DNA of 64,000 nucleotides from an uncultured Prevotella sp. GTDB lineage: Bacteria; Bacteroidota; Bacteroidia; Bacteroidales; Bacteroidaceae. The DNA is taken from contig URLQ01000001.1 of the NCBI GenBank assembly GCA_900548745.1, positions 4,842 through 68,841 on the forward strand. Reading direction: 5' to 3'. Below are positions 48,726 through 61,156 of this stretch, in pieces; positions within the stretch are counted from its first letter, which is position 1, and each line of letters starts with the position of its first letter. The position numbers and the translations under genes were made by a program. Below the pieces are notes generated by a model that saw only the letters and a program-made list of their open reading frames with translations, did not search any database and was not told where the DNA came from.

Positions 48726-49931
48726 ATGCCTCAAATATCAGTACGCGGACTTGAAATGCCGGAATCGCCAATCAGAAAGCTGGCACCGCTTGCAGCCGCA
48801 GCTAAAAAGAAAGGAACAAAAGTATATCATCTGAATATCGGACAGCCGGATCTGCCCACACCGAAAGTGGCTCTCGACGCAATAAAGGACATCGACAGAA
48901 GCATTCTGGAGTATTCCCCCTCTCAGGGATATCTCAGCTACAGGGAGAAACTCGTTGACTACTACAAGAAATACAACATCAACGTAACTCCCGACGATAT
49001 CATCATAACATGCGGAGGAAGCGAAGCGGTGCTCTTTGCATTCATGTCATGTCTGAATCCGGGAGACGAAATCATCGTGCCGGAACCGGCTTATGCCAAC
49101 TATATGGCGTTTGCCATCTCGGCAGGAGCAACCATCAGAACCATTGCCACTACCATAGAGGAAGGATTCTCCCTGCCGAAGGTGGAAAAGTTTGAGGAAC
49201 TGATAAACGACCGCACGAGGGCAATTCTGATCTGCAACCCGAACAACCCTACCGGCTATCTATATACCAGAAGGGAGATGAACCAGATAAGGGATATGGT
49301 AAAGAAACACGACCTGTATCTCTTCTCCGACGAGGTTTATCGTGAATACATATATACAGGCTCGCCATACATCAGCGCCTGCCATCTTGAAGGCATCGAA
49401 CAGAATGTTGTGCTCATCGACTCCGTCAGCAAGAGATACAGCGAATGCGGAATACGCATAGGTGCCCTGATTACGAAGAACAAGGAGGTAAGACAGGCTG
49501 TGATGAAGTTCTGCCAGGCACGCCTCTCACCACCTCTGATAGGACAGATAGCAGCAGAGGCTTCACTCGACGCACCTGAGGAATATTACCGCGACGTATA
49601 TGACGAATACGTTGAAAGAAGAAAATGCCTCATCGACGGACTGAACCGCATACCGGGAGTATACTCCCCTATCCCGATGGGAGCATTCTATACCGTGGCA
49701 AAGCTTCCGGTGGACGACAGCGAGAAGTTCTGCAGATGGTGTCTTGAGGAGTTCAACTATGAGGGAGAAACCGTGATGATGGCACCCGCAAGTGGTTTTT
49801 ACACTACTCCGGGAGCAGGTCACAACCAAGTCAGAATAGCTTACGTATTGAAGAAGGAAGACCTTACAAGAGCACTGCTCGTATTGCGAAAGGCTCTGGA
49901 GGCTTATCCGGGAAGAGTAGAGGATGAATAA
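48726..49931 (+). CDS. PLP-dependent class I/II aminotransferase
   Basis: LNIGQPD, NPNNPTG, SDEVY and SVSKRYSECGIRIG. Confidence 0.93.
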   Translation: MPQISVRGLEMPESPIRKLAPLAAAAKKKGTKVYHLNIGQPDLPTPKVALDAIKDIDRSILEYSPSQGYLSYREKLVDYYKKYNINVTPDDIIITCGGSEAVLFAFMSCLNPGDEIIVPEPAYANYMAFAISAGATIRTIATTIEEGFSLPKVEKFEELINDRTRAILICNPNNPTGYLYTRREMNQIRDMVKKHDLYLFSDEVYREYIYTGSPYISACHLEGIEQNVVLIDSVSKRYSECGIRIGALITKNKEVRQAVMKFCQARLSPPLIGQIAAEASLDAPEEYYRDVYDEYVERRKCLIDGLNRIPGVYSPIPMGAFYTVAKLPVDDSEKFCRWCLEEFNYEGETVMMAPASGFYTTPGAGHNQVRIAYVLKKEDLTRALLVLRKALEAYPGRVEDE

Positions 49932-51179
49932 ATGAATTTTCCATTATACATAGCAAGAAGAATATACACAGACAGCGGCGACAAGAAGAAGGTAAGCAAG
50001 CCTGCCCTCTATATCGCCACAGCCGGTGTGGCAATCGGTCTGGCTGTGATGATAGTCAGCGTTTGCGTTATCTTTGGCTTCAAGCATACGATACGCAACA
50101 AGGTCGTAGGACTGGGTAGTCATCTTACCGTGGCAAGCTACAACGCCCTTCATGGCGGCGAACAGACTCCGATAGATGTTACTGACAGTATGCTGACTGT
50201 AATAAGGAAGACTCCCGGTCAGAAGCACATCGAAAGATATGCGATAACACAGGGCATACTGAAAACGGACAGTGATTTCATAGGAGTCGTATATAAAGGC
50301 ATTGCCGCCGATTATGACACCACATTCATCCATTCTTCCCTGAAAAGCGGATTCATTCCAAAGTTCAGCGACAAGGCAAGCGGGAACAAGATTCTCGTAT
50401 CACAGATTATTGCCGACAAGCTGAAGATAAAAGCCGGTGACAAGGTATACTCATATTTTATCAACGGCAGCGACATAAGGGCAAGAAGATTTACCGTGGC
50501 GGGCATCTATCAGACCAACATGTCGAAGTTTGACGAAACGCTCTGTTTCTGCGACCTGTATACTGCCGTGAAGCTTAACGGTTGGGAGGAGAACCAGATA
50601 TCGGGAATAGAAATCTCCGTGGCTGACTATAAGGCGATAGACCAGGCTTCCAACTATCTTGTAAAGAACGTGAACAGGGCTGAAGACAAGTATGGCGTCA
50701 TGTATTCGTCGGAAACCATTCAGGAGATGTACCCTCAGGTCTTCTCATGGCTTGACCTTCTTGACCTGAACGTATGGATTATTCTCGCCCTCATGACATG
50801 TGTTGCCGGCATAACAATCATCTCCGGTCTTCTGATTATAATCCTTGAGCGCACCAACATGATTGGTATCCTCAAAGCTTTGGGATGCCGGAACAAGAGC
50901 GTAAGGCACGTGTTCCTCTGGTTTGCCGCATTCATCATCGGAAGGGGTATCCTTATCGGAGATGCTATAGGAATAGGCATTGTGTTGCTGCAACAGTTTA
51001 CTGGCATCGTCAAGCTTGACGCTTCCGTATATTATGTAGACTACGTGCCTGTAGAACTTAACTTGCCTATCATTCTGCTGATAAATGTATCAACCCTATT
51101 GATATGCCTGCTTGTCTTTATCGGACCAAGTTTCCTTGTGTCTCATATTACTCCGGCAAAGTCAATGAAATATGAATAG
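49932..51179 (+). CDS. LolC/LolE-like (FtsX family) ABC permease
   Basis: TM1, periplasmic domain, ERTNMIGILKALG and C-terminal TM segments. Confidence 0.88.
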   Translation: MNFPLYIARRIYTDSGDKKKVSKPALYIATAGVAIGLAVMIVSVCVIFGFKHTIRNKVVGLGSHLTVASYNALHGGEQTPIDVTDSMLTVIRKTPGQKHIERYAITQGILKTDSDFIGVVYKGIAADYDTTFIHSSLKSGFIPKFSDKASGNKILVSQIIADKLKIKAGDKVYSYFINGSDIRARRFTVAGIYQTNMSKFDETLCFCDLYTAVKLNGWEENQISGIEISVADYKAIDQASNYLVKNVNRAEDKYGVMYSSETIQEMYPQVFSWLDLLDLNVWIILALMTCVAGITIISGLLIIILERTNMIGILKALGCRNKSVRHVFLWFAAFIIGRGILIGDAIGIGIVLLQQFTGIVKLDASVYYVDYVPVELNLPIILLINVSTLLICLLVFIGPSFLVSHITPAKSMKYE

Positions 51180-51222
51180 AAACTGAAAGCAGGAAACTGT
51201 ATAAAGAGTTTCGCAAAAGGAT

Positions 51223-51282
51223 AAAAAAACAAGACGTCGTTCACTGTCTGCCTATGCAATATGTGGACGACGTCTTGTTTTT
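51223..51282. terminator. Bidirectional terminator between convergent genes
   Basis: Stem AAAAACAAGACGTCGT/ACGACGTCTTGTTTTT flanked by A and T runs. Confidence 0.75.
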
Positions 51283-51319
51283 ATTATTATAAGTCATGGC
51301 CATCCAAGACCCGACGTTT

Positions 51320-51778
51320 TTATCTTATTCTATCAGCCGCACGTATTAAAGCTTCATCCGCCTTAACGCCCTTGCGAGCCATAAATACCAGTATTATAGC
51401 TATCAGCGGTAATACTGCTGCAAAAGAGAGCTTGAACTCTGCATTGACGGAACTCTTATGAAGATAAGCAATTACTCCATAAGCGATATACCAGACAATG
51501 AGCAGAAGCATGTTCCATGAACATAACTTAATCTGCAACTTCCTGTTGTTGAACAGGAATATTGTAGCCCCGGAAATAATCACCGACAACAGAGCGATAC
51601 AGAACAGAGGTGCAACTGAAAAGTCCAAACTTCCATTTCCGTCCTGTATCCACAGGTTGTACATAACAGAGTCAACTCCAAGCTCTACAGGTTTGAATAT
51701 TCCTATCGGCATGCAAAGCGAGATGATTCCCACTATCGCAGCAAGCAAAAGGAATACAGACTGTTTACGCTGAATCAT
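51320..51778 (-). CDS. Membrane protein (DUF4293-like)
   Basis: MIQRKQSVFL...IFLFNNRKLQ...DEALIRAADRIR. Confidence 0.85.
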   Translation of the reverse strand: MIQRKQSVFLLLAAIVGIISLCMPIGIFKPVELGVDSVMYNLWIQDGNGSLDFSVAPLFCIALLSVIISGATIFLFNNRKLQIKLCSWNMLLLIVWYIAYGVIAYLHKSSVNAEFKLSFAAVLPLIAIILVFMARKGVKADEALIRAADRIR

Positions 51779-52110
51779 GCTTCCTTGCTGTTTTCTGCAG
51801 ACGGATCACGCCAGTATATGTTTCCTTCTACGAATTCCTCTGTTGCAAGCAATGTTGGTTTAGGAAGCTTCTCGTAATATCTTGAGATTTCTATCTGCTC
51901 ACGATTTTCAAAAACTTCCTCAAGACTGTCGTTGTATGAGGCAAATTCAGCAAGCTTTTTGCTCAAGTCCTGTTTGATTTCCATAGAAATCTGATTTGCG
52001 CGCTTGCCAATGATTGCAACACTCTCATAAATGTTTCCAGTCTCATCACAGAGATCCATGATGTTACGCGTTACGGTATTTACCGGTGCTTTTGACTTTT
52101 TGTAATCCAT
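51775..52110 (-). CDS. rpoZ: RNA polymerase omega subunit (Bacteroidetes type)
   Basis: TGNIYESVAIIGKRANQI...ENREQIEISRYYEKLPKP; bamD-rpoZ-DUF4293 gene order. Confidence 0.88.
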   Translation of the reverse strand: MDYKKSKAPVNTVTRNIMDLCDETGNIYESVAIIGKRANQISMEIKQDLSKKLAEFASYNDSLEEVFENREQIEISRYYEKLPKPTLLATEEFVEGNIYWRDPSAENSKEA

Positions 52111-52159
52111 TACCTTTATTAAATATATTAATTATTATTTCTTCTGATTCTTCCCCACG

Positions 52160-52987
52160 TTAGTCCTTAACGTATTTCTTGCATGTTTCTATATACTTTT
52201 CCGCAAGCCCCCTGTCCTTGGAATCCGGATATTCATTGATGAATCCGTAACACTCATCCTCGGCATCACGATAGCGGTCCATCTTCTTTGAGTCCACACT
52301 CTGCTGGGCCAGCTCGAACTTGCTCTTCATCACGAGCTTTGCAAAGTCCTCGCGCATGCTTGTATAAGGATAATCCTTCAAGGCGTTTTGCGCTGTTATG
52401 ATGCAAGCCTCATAGTTGCTTCCACCACTTGTGCAATTGCCGAAATACGTGCCGAGGTTATAATACAGCTGCGCTGAATAAAGCTCCTTCTTCACCAACT
52501 TGTCCTGAAGGGCAAACAGACGGTTCTGCGCCTCATTCTTCCTTTTGGCATCCTGATACAGGTCAAGATAGTCCTGGAATGCTGAAATGGCATTTACCGT
52601 CTCCGTCTGGTCAAGACGCGGCTCCGGCGTACTCATATAAAGGCTCTCACCGATATAATAAGAAGCAAGCTCTGCATAAACGCCCTTGGGATATGTCTTA
52701 ACGTATTTCTTGAAATACTCGGCTGCCGTATCATAGTCCTTGTTCTTGAACTCCGCCATTGCAAGCATATAGAGGCTCTCTTCCGCATTGTCGGTACCCT
52801 TCTGTATTGTAACAAGTTCCTGAAGAAGTGTCGTTGCCTTAACATATTTACCACGCAAATAGCACTCCTTGGCATATTCGTATTTCAAATCATTGTCTGA
52901 TGACTTATATATCTGGTTGAACTGGTTTACGCAACTTGTAAACATCAGTGCAACGCCTGTCATCGAGAAAATTATCTTTTTATTCAT
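52160..52987 (-). CDS. bamD: Outer membrane assembly lipoprotein BamD
   Basis: Lipobox-like FTSC, TPR-like helices, PRLDQTET. Confidence 0.9.
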   Translation of the reverse strand: MNKKIIFSMTGVALMFTSCVNQFNQIYKSSDNDLKYEYAKECYLRGKYVKATTLLQELVTIQKGTDNAEESLYMLAMAEFKNKDYDTAAEYFKKYVKTYPKGVYAELASYYIGESLYMSTPEPRLDQTETVNAISAFQDYLDLYQDAKRKNEAQNRLFALQDKLVKKELYSAQLYYNLGTYFGNCTSGGSNYEACIITAQNALKDYPYTSMREDFAKLVMKSKFELAQQSVDSKKMDRYRDAEDECYGFINEYPDSKDRGLAEKYIETCKKYVKD

Positions 52988-53009
52988 ACTTTTCAAACAA
53001 TTTGAGTTG

Positions 53010-53111
53010 CAAATTTACACATAATAATTTAGTATTCAAAATAATAAAATAAAATTTGCCCATTTTTTATCATGATTATTGCCATTATTAAGTTCTTTAT
53101 AAGTATTTTTG
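53010..53111. promoter_or_regulatory. Divergent -7 promoter elements (bamD and uvrB)
   Basis: CAAATTTA at 53010-53017 (rc TAAATTTG) and TATTTTTG at 53104-53111. Confidence 0.55.
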
Positions 53112-53170
53112 CAAAATAATTCAACGTTTTCAGTGATAACAACACTGGTTTTATTCTTTAAACACATATT

Positions 53171-55222
53171 ATGGGCAAGTTTTTACTTACTTCAAAATAC
53201 AAGCCTACAGGCGACCAGCCTGAGGCTATCAAGGAGCTGACGGACGGACTGAACAGGGGTGACAAGGCGCAGGTACTGCTCGGAGTGACTGGTTCGGGAA
53301 AGACATTCACCGTGGCAAACGTCATAGCAAACGTCAACCGCCCTACCCTAATCCTCAGCCACAACAAGACACTCGCAGCCCAGCTCTACGAAGAGATGAA
53401 GGGGTTCTTTCCGGAGAATGCCGTAGAATACTATGTTTCGTATTACGACTATTACCAGCCTGAGGCTTATCTTCCACAGACCGACACATACATAGAAAAA
53501 GACCTCGCCATCAATGAAGAAATCGACAAGCTGAGACTTTCCGCCGTGTCGGCATTGCTCTCCGGAAGGAAAGACGTCATCGTCGTGTCTTCCGTATCAT
53601 GTATCTATGGTATGGGCGGCCCCACGGCAATGGAACAAAGCGTGATAACGATAAAGAAAGGACAGATTATCGACAGGAACATGTTCCTAAGAAGACTCGT
53701 GGATTCTCTTTACGTAAGAAACGACATTGAGCTTCAACGCGGCAATTTCAGAGTCAAGGGAGACACCGTTGACATCTTCATGGCCTACAGCGACAACGTT
53801 CTTAGAGTATCGTTCTGGGACAACGAGATAGACTCTATCGAAGAGGTGGATTCCATAACGTTTCACAGACTTGCTTCTTTCAACGAATATCAGATTTATC
53901 CAGCCAACATTTTCATAACATCAAAAGAGCAGACACAAGAGGCTATAAAGCAAATTTCAAAGGATCTCGACGAGCGTATTGAATTCTTCAACGAAATAGG
54001 CGATAACATTAAGGCTCAGAGAATTAAGGAAAGAGTTGAATATGACATTGAGATGATTAAGGAACTTGGTCATTGCTCTGGAATAGAGAACTATTCAAGA
54101 TACTTCGACGGGCGTGAAGCCGGAGAAAAGCCTTACTGCCTATTGGACTTCTTCCCTAAGGATTACCTTCTTGTGATTGACGAAAGCCACGTGAGCGTGC
54201 CACAGATCAGAGCCATGTACGGAGGAGACAGAGCAAGAAAACAGAATCTTGTGGAGTTCGGCTTCAGACTGCCTGCCGCCTTTGACAACAGGCCATTGAA
54301 GTTTGAGGAATTCCAGCAGATGACAAACCAGGTCATATATGTTTCCGCGACACCGGCCGAATTTGAATTACAAGAGTCAGAAGGTGTTGTCGTGGAACAG
54401 GTGATACGGCCTACAGGACTGCTTGACCCTGAAATAGAAGTAAGGCCAAGCGAGAACCAGATAGACGACCTGATGAACGAGATTCTGATAAGATGCGAGA
54501 GAAACGAACGAACACTCGTAACCACATTGACGAAACGTATGGCTGAGGAGCTGACGGAATACCTTCTCAACCATGACGTGAAAGCCAACTATATCCATAG
54601 CGACGTTGCTACCCTGGATAGAGTAAAGATAATGAACGACCTGAGAGCAGGACTGTTTGACGTGCTGGTAGGAGTGAACCTCCTGCGCGAAGGACTCGAC
54701 CTGCCCGAAGTATCGCTCGTGGCAATCCTCGATGCGGACAAAGAAGGATTCCTGCGTTCACACAGGTCTTTGACACAGACTGCCGGACGAGCCGCAAGAA
54801 ACGTAAACGGCAAGGTGATAATGTATGCCAACACCATAACGGAAAGCATGCAGCTCACCATTGACGAGACCGAGCGCAGAAGGGCTAAGCAAATGGCCTA
54901 CAACATCAAGAACCATATAACGCCACAGAAAATAGAAAAAGAAATCAAGACTAACGCTCTTGGCATTTCCGCTGACAACACCAGCGCCAGCAACGAGAAG
55001 AACAAGAAGGTCATCAAATATGCTCCTTACACCGACATGGAAGGAGCAAGACTTGTTGCCGACCCTATCATGAAGAAGATGAGCAAGACAGAAATAGAGA
55101 CAAGTATCGAGCATACAACAGAACTAATGAAAAAGGCGGCGAAGGAACTGGATTTCCTGCAGGCGGCGCAATACAGAGACGAAATTGTAAGGATGCAGGA
55201 ACTTCTCAAAACAGCAAAATAG
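53171..55222 (+). CDS. uvrB: Excinuclease ABC subunit B
   Basis: GDQPEAI, GVTGSGKT, YYDYYQPEAY, IDESH and NLLREGLD, plus UVR domain. Confidence 0.98.
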   Translation: MGKFLLTSKYKPTGDQPEAIKELTDGLNRGDKAQVLLGVTGSGKTFTVANVIANVNRPTLILSHNKTLAAQLYEEMKGFFPENAVEYYVSYYDYYQPEAYLPQTDTYIEKDLAINEEIDKLRLSAVSALLSGRKDVIVVSSVSCIYGMGGPTAMEQSVITIKKGQIIDRNMFLRRLVDSLYVRNDIELQRGNFRVKGDTVDIFMAYSDNVLRVSFWDNEIDSIEEVDSITFHRLASFNEYQIYPANIFITSKEQTQEAIKQISKDLDERIEFFNEIGDNIKAQRIKERVEYDIEMIKELGHCSGIENYSRYFDGREAGEKPYCLLDFFPKDYLLVIDESHVSVPQIRAMYGGDRARKQNLVEFGFRLPAAFDNRPLKFEEFQQMTNQVIYVSATPAEFELQESEGVVVEQVIRPTGLLDPEIEVRPSENQIDDLMNEILIRCERNERTLVTTLTKRMAEELTEYLLNHDVKANYIHSDVATLDRVKIMNDLRAGLFDVLVGVNLLREGLDLPEVSLVAILDADKEGFLRSHRSLTQTAGRAARNVNGKVIMYANTITESMQLTIDETERRRAKQMAYNIKNHITPQKIEKEIKTNALGISADNTSASNEKNKKVIKYAPYTDMEGARLVADPIMKKMSKTEIETSIEHTTELMKKAAKELDFLQAAQYRDEIVRMQELLKTAK

Positions 55223-55273
55223 AGATTTATCAAGTATTTATCAAAAACTTTTGGCAGTATTCTATTTTATTGC

Positions 55274-55281
55274 TAACTTTG
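55274..55281 (+). promoter_or_regulatory. -7 promoter element of pyrG
   Basis: TAACTTTG followed by CA, with TTTG about 22 bp upstream. Confidence 0.65.
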
Positions 55282-55314
55282 CACATTAAATTTTTGAACA
55301 TATAATTAATATAA

Positions 55315-56934
<1,620 letters not shown>

Positions 56935-56989
56935 AGCTTGAATAAAACAAGAAACATTTAAACTTTAAGAAAGAAAACAATATTAAAAA

Positions 56990-58873
56990 ATGGACAAGAA
57001 TACAATCACCGGCTTTCTTCTTATCGCAGCATTGCTAATCGGTTTCAGCTGGTTCAACAAACCATCTGACGAAGAAATTGCACAACAGCGTACACAAGAC
57101 TCTATTGCCAACGTGCAAAAGGAAAAGGCGAAACAGCAACAAGCAGCAAACGCGGCTGCAGCTAAAGCAATGGCAAAGATTGATACGACAGCCGCATTCC
57201 ATGAAGCTCTTGCAGGAAAAGCACAGAAAGTTACGCTGAAGAACCAGAAGGTTGAACTGACATTCAACTCAAAGGGTGCTACTGTAGAAAAAGCTGTCAT
57301 CAAAGGTTTCAAAGACTACAAGGGAAACAAAGACGTCACCCTGTTTGACGGTAAAGACCAGTCACTCAACTTCATGCTTGCAGGTAAAGAGACCAACCTC
57401 ATAACCTCTGACATGTATTTCACACCATCGGAAGTTACTGACTCTACAGTTGTGTTTACCGCCAGTGCAGCAGAAGGAAAGTCATTGACCATCTCATATA
57501 CATTAGGTAAGGACTACATGCTTCACGCATCTATCCAGGCTAACGGAATGAGCGGAATGTTTGCACCGAACTATAACGCAATGGATGTTGAATGGAAAGA
57601 CAAATGCCGCCAGCAGGAGAAAGGCTTCACTTTCGAAAACAGATACGCCACCCTTACATACCATCTGACAGAGGGAGGAACAGACTATCTCGGCGAAACG
57701 AAAGAGCTGACAGACGAGGCTGTTGAAGACAATATCGACTGGGTGGCATTCAAGAACCAGTTCTTCAGTGCCGTGATGATTGCAAAGAACGACTTCGGCA
57801 AAAATGCCAAGATGACAAGTATTCCGCAGGAGAAAGGTTCAGGCTATCTAAAGCAGTACGGAGCAAAGATGAAAACATTCTTTGACCCGACAGGAAAGCA
57901 GCCTACAGAACTGGAGTTCTACTATGGTCCTAATGATTTCCGTCTGCTACAGAACGTAGAGGAAGAGAGCAAGTTCGGAAAAGAGCTTGAGATGCAGCGC
58001 CTTGTATATCTTGGATGGCCTCTGTTCCGCATCATAAACAGATGGTTCACCATCTATGTCTTCGACTGGCTAACGGCATTGGACATCAACATGGGTATTG
58101 TACTTATACTCATCACGATGCTCCTGAAGTTCATCACTTTCCCTCTCGTAAAAAAGAGCTACATGTCTTCAGCCAAGATGCGCGTATTAAGACCGAAACT
58201 CGATGCCTTGACAAAGAAGTACGACAAGCCTGAAGACCAGATGATGAAACAGCAGGCTATGATGGCTGAATATTCCAAATATGGAGTAAGCCCACTGAGC
58301 GGCTGTCTGCCAATGCTCATACAGATGCCTATCTGGATTGCTATGTTCAACTTCGTGCCGAACGCCATACAGCTGCGTGGAGAGAGCTTCCTGTGGATAA
58401 ACGACCTCTCTACTTACGACCCTATTATAGAATGGGGAACTAACATCTGGCTCATTGGCGACCACTTGTCACTGACATGTATTCTCTTCTGCGTTGCCAA
58501 CGTATTGTATTCTATAATGACAATGCGTCAGCAGAGAGACCAGATGGTTGGCCAGCAGGCAGAACAGATGAAGGCAATGCAATGGATGATGTATCTCATG
58601 CCGGTAATGTTCTTCTTCATGTTCAACGACTATTCTGCAGGTCTTAACTTCTACTATTTCGTATCGCTGTTCTTCAGCGCTGCCATCATGTGGACGCTGC
58701 GCAAGACAACAAACGACGAGAAGCTTCTTGCTATCCTTGAAGCAAAATATCAGGAGAACAAGAACAACCCTAAGAAGACAAGCGGACTGGCAGCAAGACT
58801 CGAAGCCATGCAAAAGCAGGCTGAGGAACTAAGAAAGCAACGCGAGGAGCTTGAAAGAAGAAGAAACAATTAA
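56990..58873 (+). CDS. yidC: Membrane protein insertase YidC
   Basis: N-terminal TM, periplasmic domain, GCLPMLIQMP, FLWINDLS and GLNFYY. Confidence 0.96.
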   Translation: MDKNTITGFLLIAALLIGFSWFNKPSDEEIAQQRTQDSIANVQKEKAKQQQAANAAAAKAMAKIDTTAAFHEALAGKAQKVTLKNQKVELTFNSKGATVEKAVIKGFKDYKGNKDVTLFDGKDQSLNFMLAGKETNLITSDMYFTPSEVTDSTVVFTASAAEGKSLTISYTLGKDYMLHASIQANGMSGMFAPNYNAMDVEWKDKCRQQEKGFTFENRYATLTYHLTEGGTDYLGETKELTDEAVEDNIDWVAFKNQFFSAVMIAKNDFGKNAKMTSIPQEKGSGYLKQYGAKMKTFFDPTGKQPTELEFYYGPNDFRLLQNVEEESKFGKELEMQRLVYLGWPLFRIINRWFTIYVFDWLTALDINMGIVLILITMLLKFITFPLVKKSYMSSAKMRVLRPKLDALTKKYDKPEDQMMKQQAMMAEYSKYGVSPLSGCLPMLIQMPIWIAMFNFVPNAIQLRGESFLWINDLSTYDPIIEWGTNIWLIGDHLSLTCILFCVANVLYSIMTMRQQRDQMVGQQAEQMKAMQWMMYLMPVMFFFMFNDYSAGLNFYYFVSLFFSAAIMWTLRKTTNDEKLLAILEAKYQENKNNPKKTSGLAARLEAMQKQAEELRKQREELERRRNN

Positions 58874-58890
58874 TGTTCAAATATAACAAT

Positions 58891-58937
58891 AAGCCTGTGA
58901 AAGAATTTACTGTCCTGTAAGTTCTTCACAGGCTTTC
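58891..58937 (+). terminator. Hairpin after yidC (terminator or processing stem)
   Basis: AAGCCTGTGAAAGAATTTAC/GTAAGTTCTTCACAGGCTTT. Confidence 0.55.
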
Positions 58938-58949
58938 TAAATCAATATT

Positions 58950-61118
58950 ATGAAAAAATCAATCATTTTTGCTGTAGCACTCGCCATGAGTTTCAGCACT
59001 TTTAAAGCACAATCGACAGTGAAACCGATCGGTAAGAGTAACATCACACTCACCAGCGACAAAATGACCCCCGAAGCCCTTTGGGCAATGGGACGCATTG
59101 CCGGTGCACAGGCTTCGCCTGACGGCAAGCATATAGTATACCAAGTTGGTTACTACAGTGTGAAAGAGAACAAGGGACATCAGGTGATTTGCGTGATGGA
59201 CAGTGACGGAAAGAACATCAAACAGCTTACTACAAGCTCAAAGAGCGAGTCGGACCCTGTATGGATAAACGGCGGCAAGAAGATTGCCTTCCTGTCTGAC
59301 GGACAGATCTTCACAATGAACATCGACGGTTCTGACCGTAAGAAACTTACAAACGACAAGATCGGCATTGACGGCTTCAAGTTCTCGCCAGACGAAAAGA
59401 AAGTAATCCTCATCAAGCAGATTCCTTTCCATGAAAGCATTCAGAAGAATCCTGATGATCTTCCTATGGCAACAGGAAGAGTCGTGACAGACCTCAACTA
59501 CCGCCACTGGGACGAATATGTTGAATCAATACCGCATCCATATCTTGCAGAAGTAACTCCAAACGGAATAACAGAAGGCACGGACATCCTTGAGGGTGAG
59601 CCATACGAATGCCCAATGAAACCTTTCGGAGGAGTAGAACAGCTTGCATGGAGCAACGACTCCAAGAACATAGCATACACATGCAGAAAGAAATCGGGTG
59701 TAGAATATGCTACATCTACCGACTCTGACATCTATCTTTACAACATAGAAACAAAGGAGACCAAGAACCTCTGCAAGTCTGCTGGATATGTAGAGCCAAA
59801 GTCTGACCCTACAAAGACTAAGAAATACCAGGCGGTAAATTCTAAAGAGAATCTGAAGAACAACCCTGGCTATGACACAAATCCGAAATTCTCACCTGAC
59901 GGAAAATATGTTGCTTGGCAAAGCATGCCAAGAGACGGATATGAGAGCGACCGCAACCGTCTTTGCGTATATAATCTCGCAACAGGAGAGAAGACATACG
60001 TAGCAGAGAAATTCGATTCCAACGTGGACGACTTCTGCTGGATGCCTAATTCAAAGGACATTACATTCATCGGCGTATGGCACGGCTGCATTAACATGTA
60101 CAGAACAAACCTTGCAGGAAACGTGGAGCAGCTTACCAACGACTGGGCGGACTTCGTTTCTGTATCACTGGCAAACGACGGCAACAAGCTTCTCGCCGTG
60201 CGCCAGAGCATGTCTGCACCAAACGACATCTTTGTCATCACTCCTGCAAAGAATGCGAGCAAGACAAAGGTTGAGCAGATAACCAAAGAGAACAAGCAAA
60301 TTCTTGACCAACTCTCATTGGGCAAGATACAACAGCGCTGGGTAAAGACAACCGACGGTAAGGAAATGCTCGTATGGATTGTATTGCCTTCCGACTTCGA
60401 CCCCAACAAGAAGTACCCTACCCTTCTGTTCTGCGAGGGTGGTCCACAAAGCCCTGTATCACAGTTCTGGAGCTACAGATGGAACATGCAGATTATGGCA
60501 GCAAACGGATATGTTGTAGTGGCTCCAAACCGTAGAGGTCTCCCAGGTTTCGGCTCTGAATGGAATGAAGAAATCAGCGGCGACTGGACAGGACAGTGTA
60601 TGAAGGACTATCTGAGTGCCATCGACGATGCAGCTGAAAACCTGCCATTCGTTGACAAAGACCGTCTTGGAGCTGTAGGTGCAAGCTTCGGAGGATTCAG
60701 CGTTTACTATCTTGCCGGACACCATGACAAACGCTTCAAGTGCTTCATCGCACACGACGGAGCCTTCAACCTCGAATCTATGTATACCGACACCGAAGAG
60801 GCATGGTTCAGCAATTGGGAATACGATGACGCTTACTGGAACAAGGATCTTACAGACAATGCGAAGAAGACTTACGAGAACTCTCCACACCGCTTCGTTG
60901 ACAAATGGGACACTCCTATCCTCTGTATCCACGGAGAGAAGGACTACCGTATCAATGCCAACCAGGGCTTCGGAGCCTTCAACGCTGCAAAGATGCACGG
61001 CATACCGGCAGAGCTGCTTATCTTCCCGGATGAGAACCACTGGGTACTGAAACCACAGAACGGAGTACTCTGGCAACGCACCTTCTTCAACTGGCTCGAC
61101 AAATGGCTGAAGAAATAA
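58950..61118 (+). CDS. Secreted S9C peptidase, dipeptidyl-peptidase 5-like
   Basis: Signal peptide, beta-propeller repeats, catalytic GASFGG, HGEKDYR and FPDENHW. Confidence 0.9.
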   Translation: MKKSIIFAVALAMSFSTFKAQSTVKPIGKSNITLTSDKMTPEALWAMGRIAGAQASPDGKHIVYQVGYYSVKENKGHQVICVMDSDGKNIKQLTTSSKSESDPVWINGGKKIAFLSDGQIFTMNIDGSDRKKLTNDKIGIDGFKFSPDEKKVILIKQIPFHESIQKNPDDLPMATGRVVTDLNYRHWDEYVESIPHPYLAEVTPNGITEGTDILEGEPYECPMKPFGGVEQLAWSNDSKNIAYTCRKKSGVEYATSTDSDIYLYNIETKETKNLCKSAGYVEPKSDPTKTKKYQAVNSKENLKNNPGYDTNPKFSPDGKYVAWQSMPRDGYESDRNRLCVYNLATGEKTYVAEKFDSNVDDFCWMPNSKDITFIGVWHGCINMYRTNLAGNVEQLTNDWADFVSVSLANDGNKLLAVRQSMSAPNDIFVITPAKNASKTKVEQITKENKQILDQLSLGKIQQRWVKTTDGKEMLVWIVLPSDFDPNKKYPTLLFCEGGPQSPVSQFWSYRWNMQIMAANGYVVVAPNRRGLPGFGSEWNEEISGDWTGQCMKDYLSAIDDAAENLPFVDKDRLGAVGASFGGFSVYYLAGHHDKRFKCFIAHDGAFNLESMYTDTEEAWFSNWEYDDAYWNKDLTDNAKKTYENSPHRFVDKWDTPILCIHGEKDYRINANQGFGAFNAAKMHGIPAELLIFPDENHWVLKPQNGVLWQRTFFNWLDKWLKK

Positions 61119-61156
61119 GAAATAACACGAATAACAATAATCAAAAAAACAATACA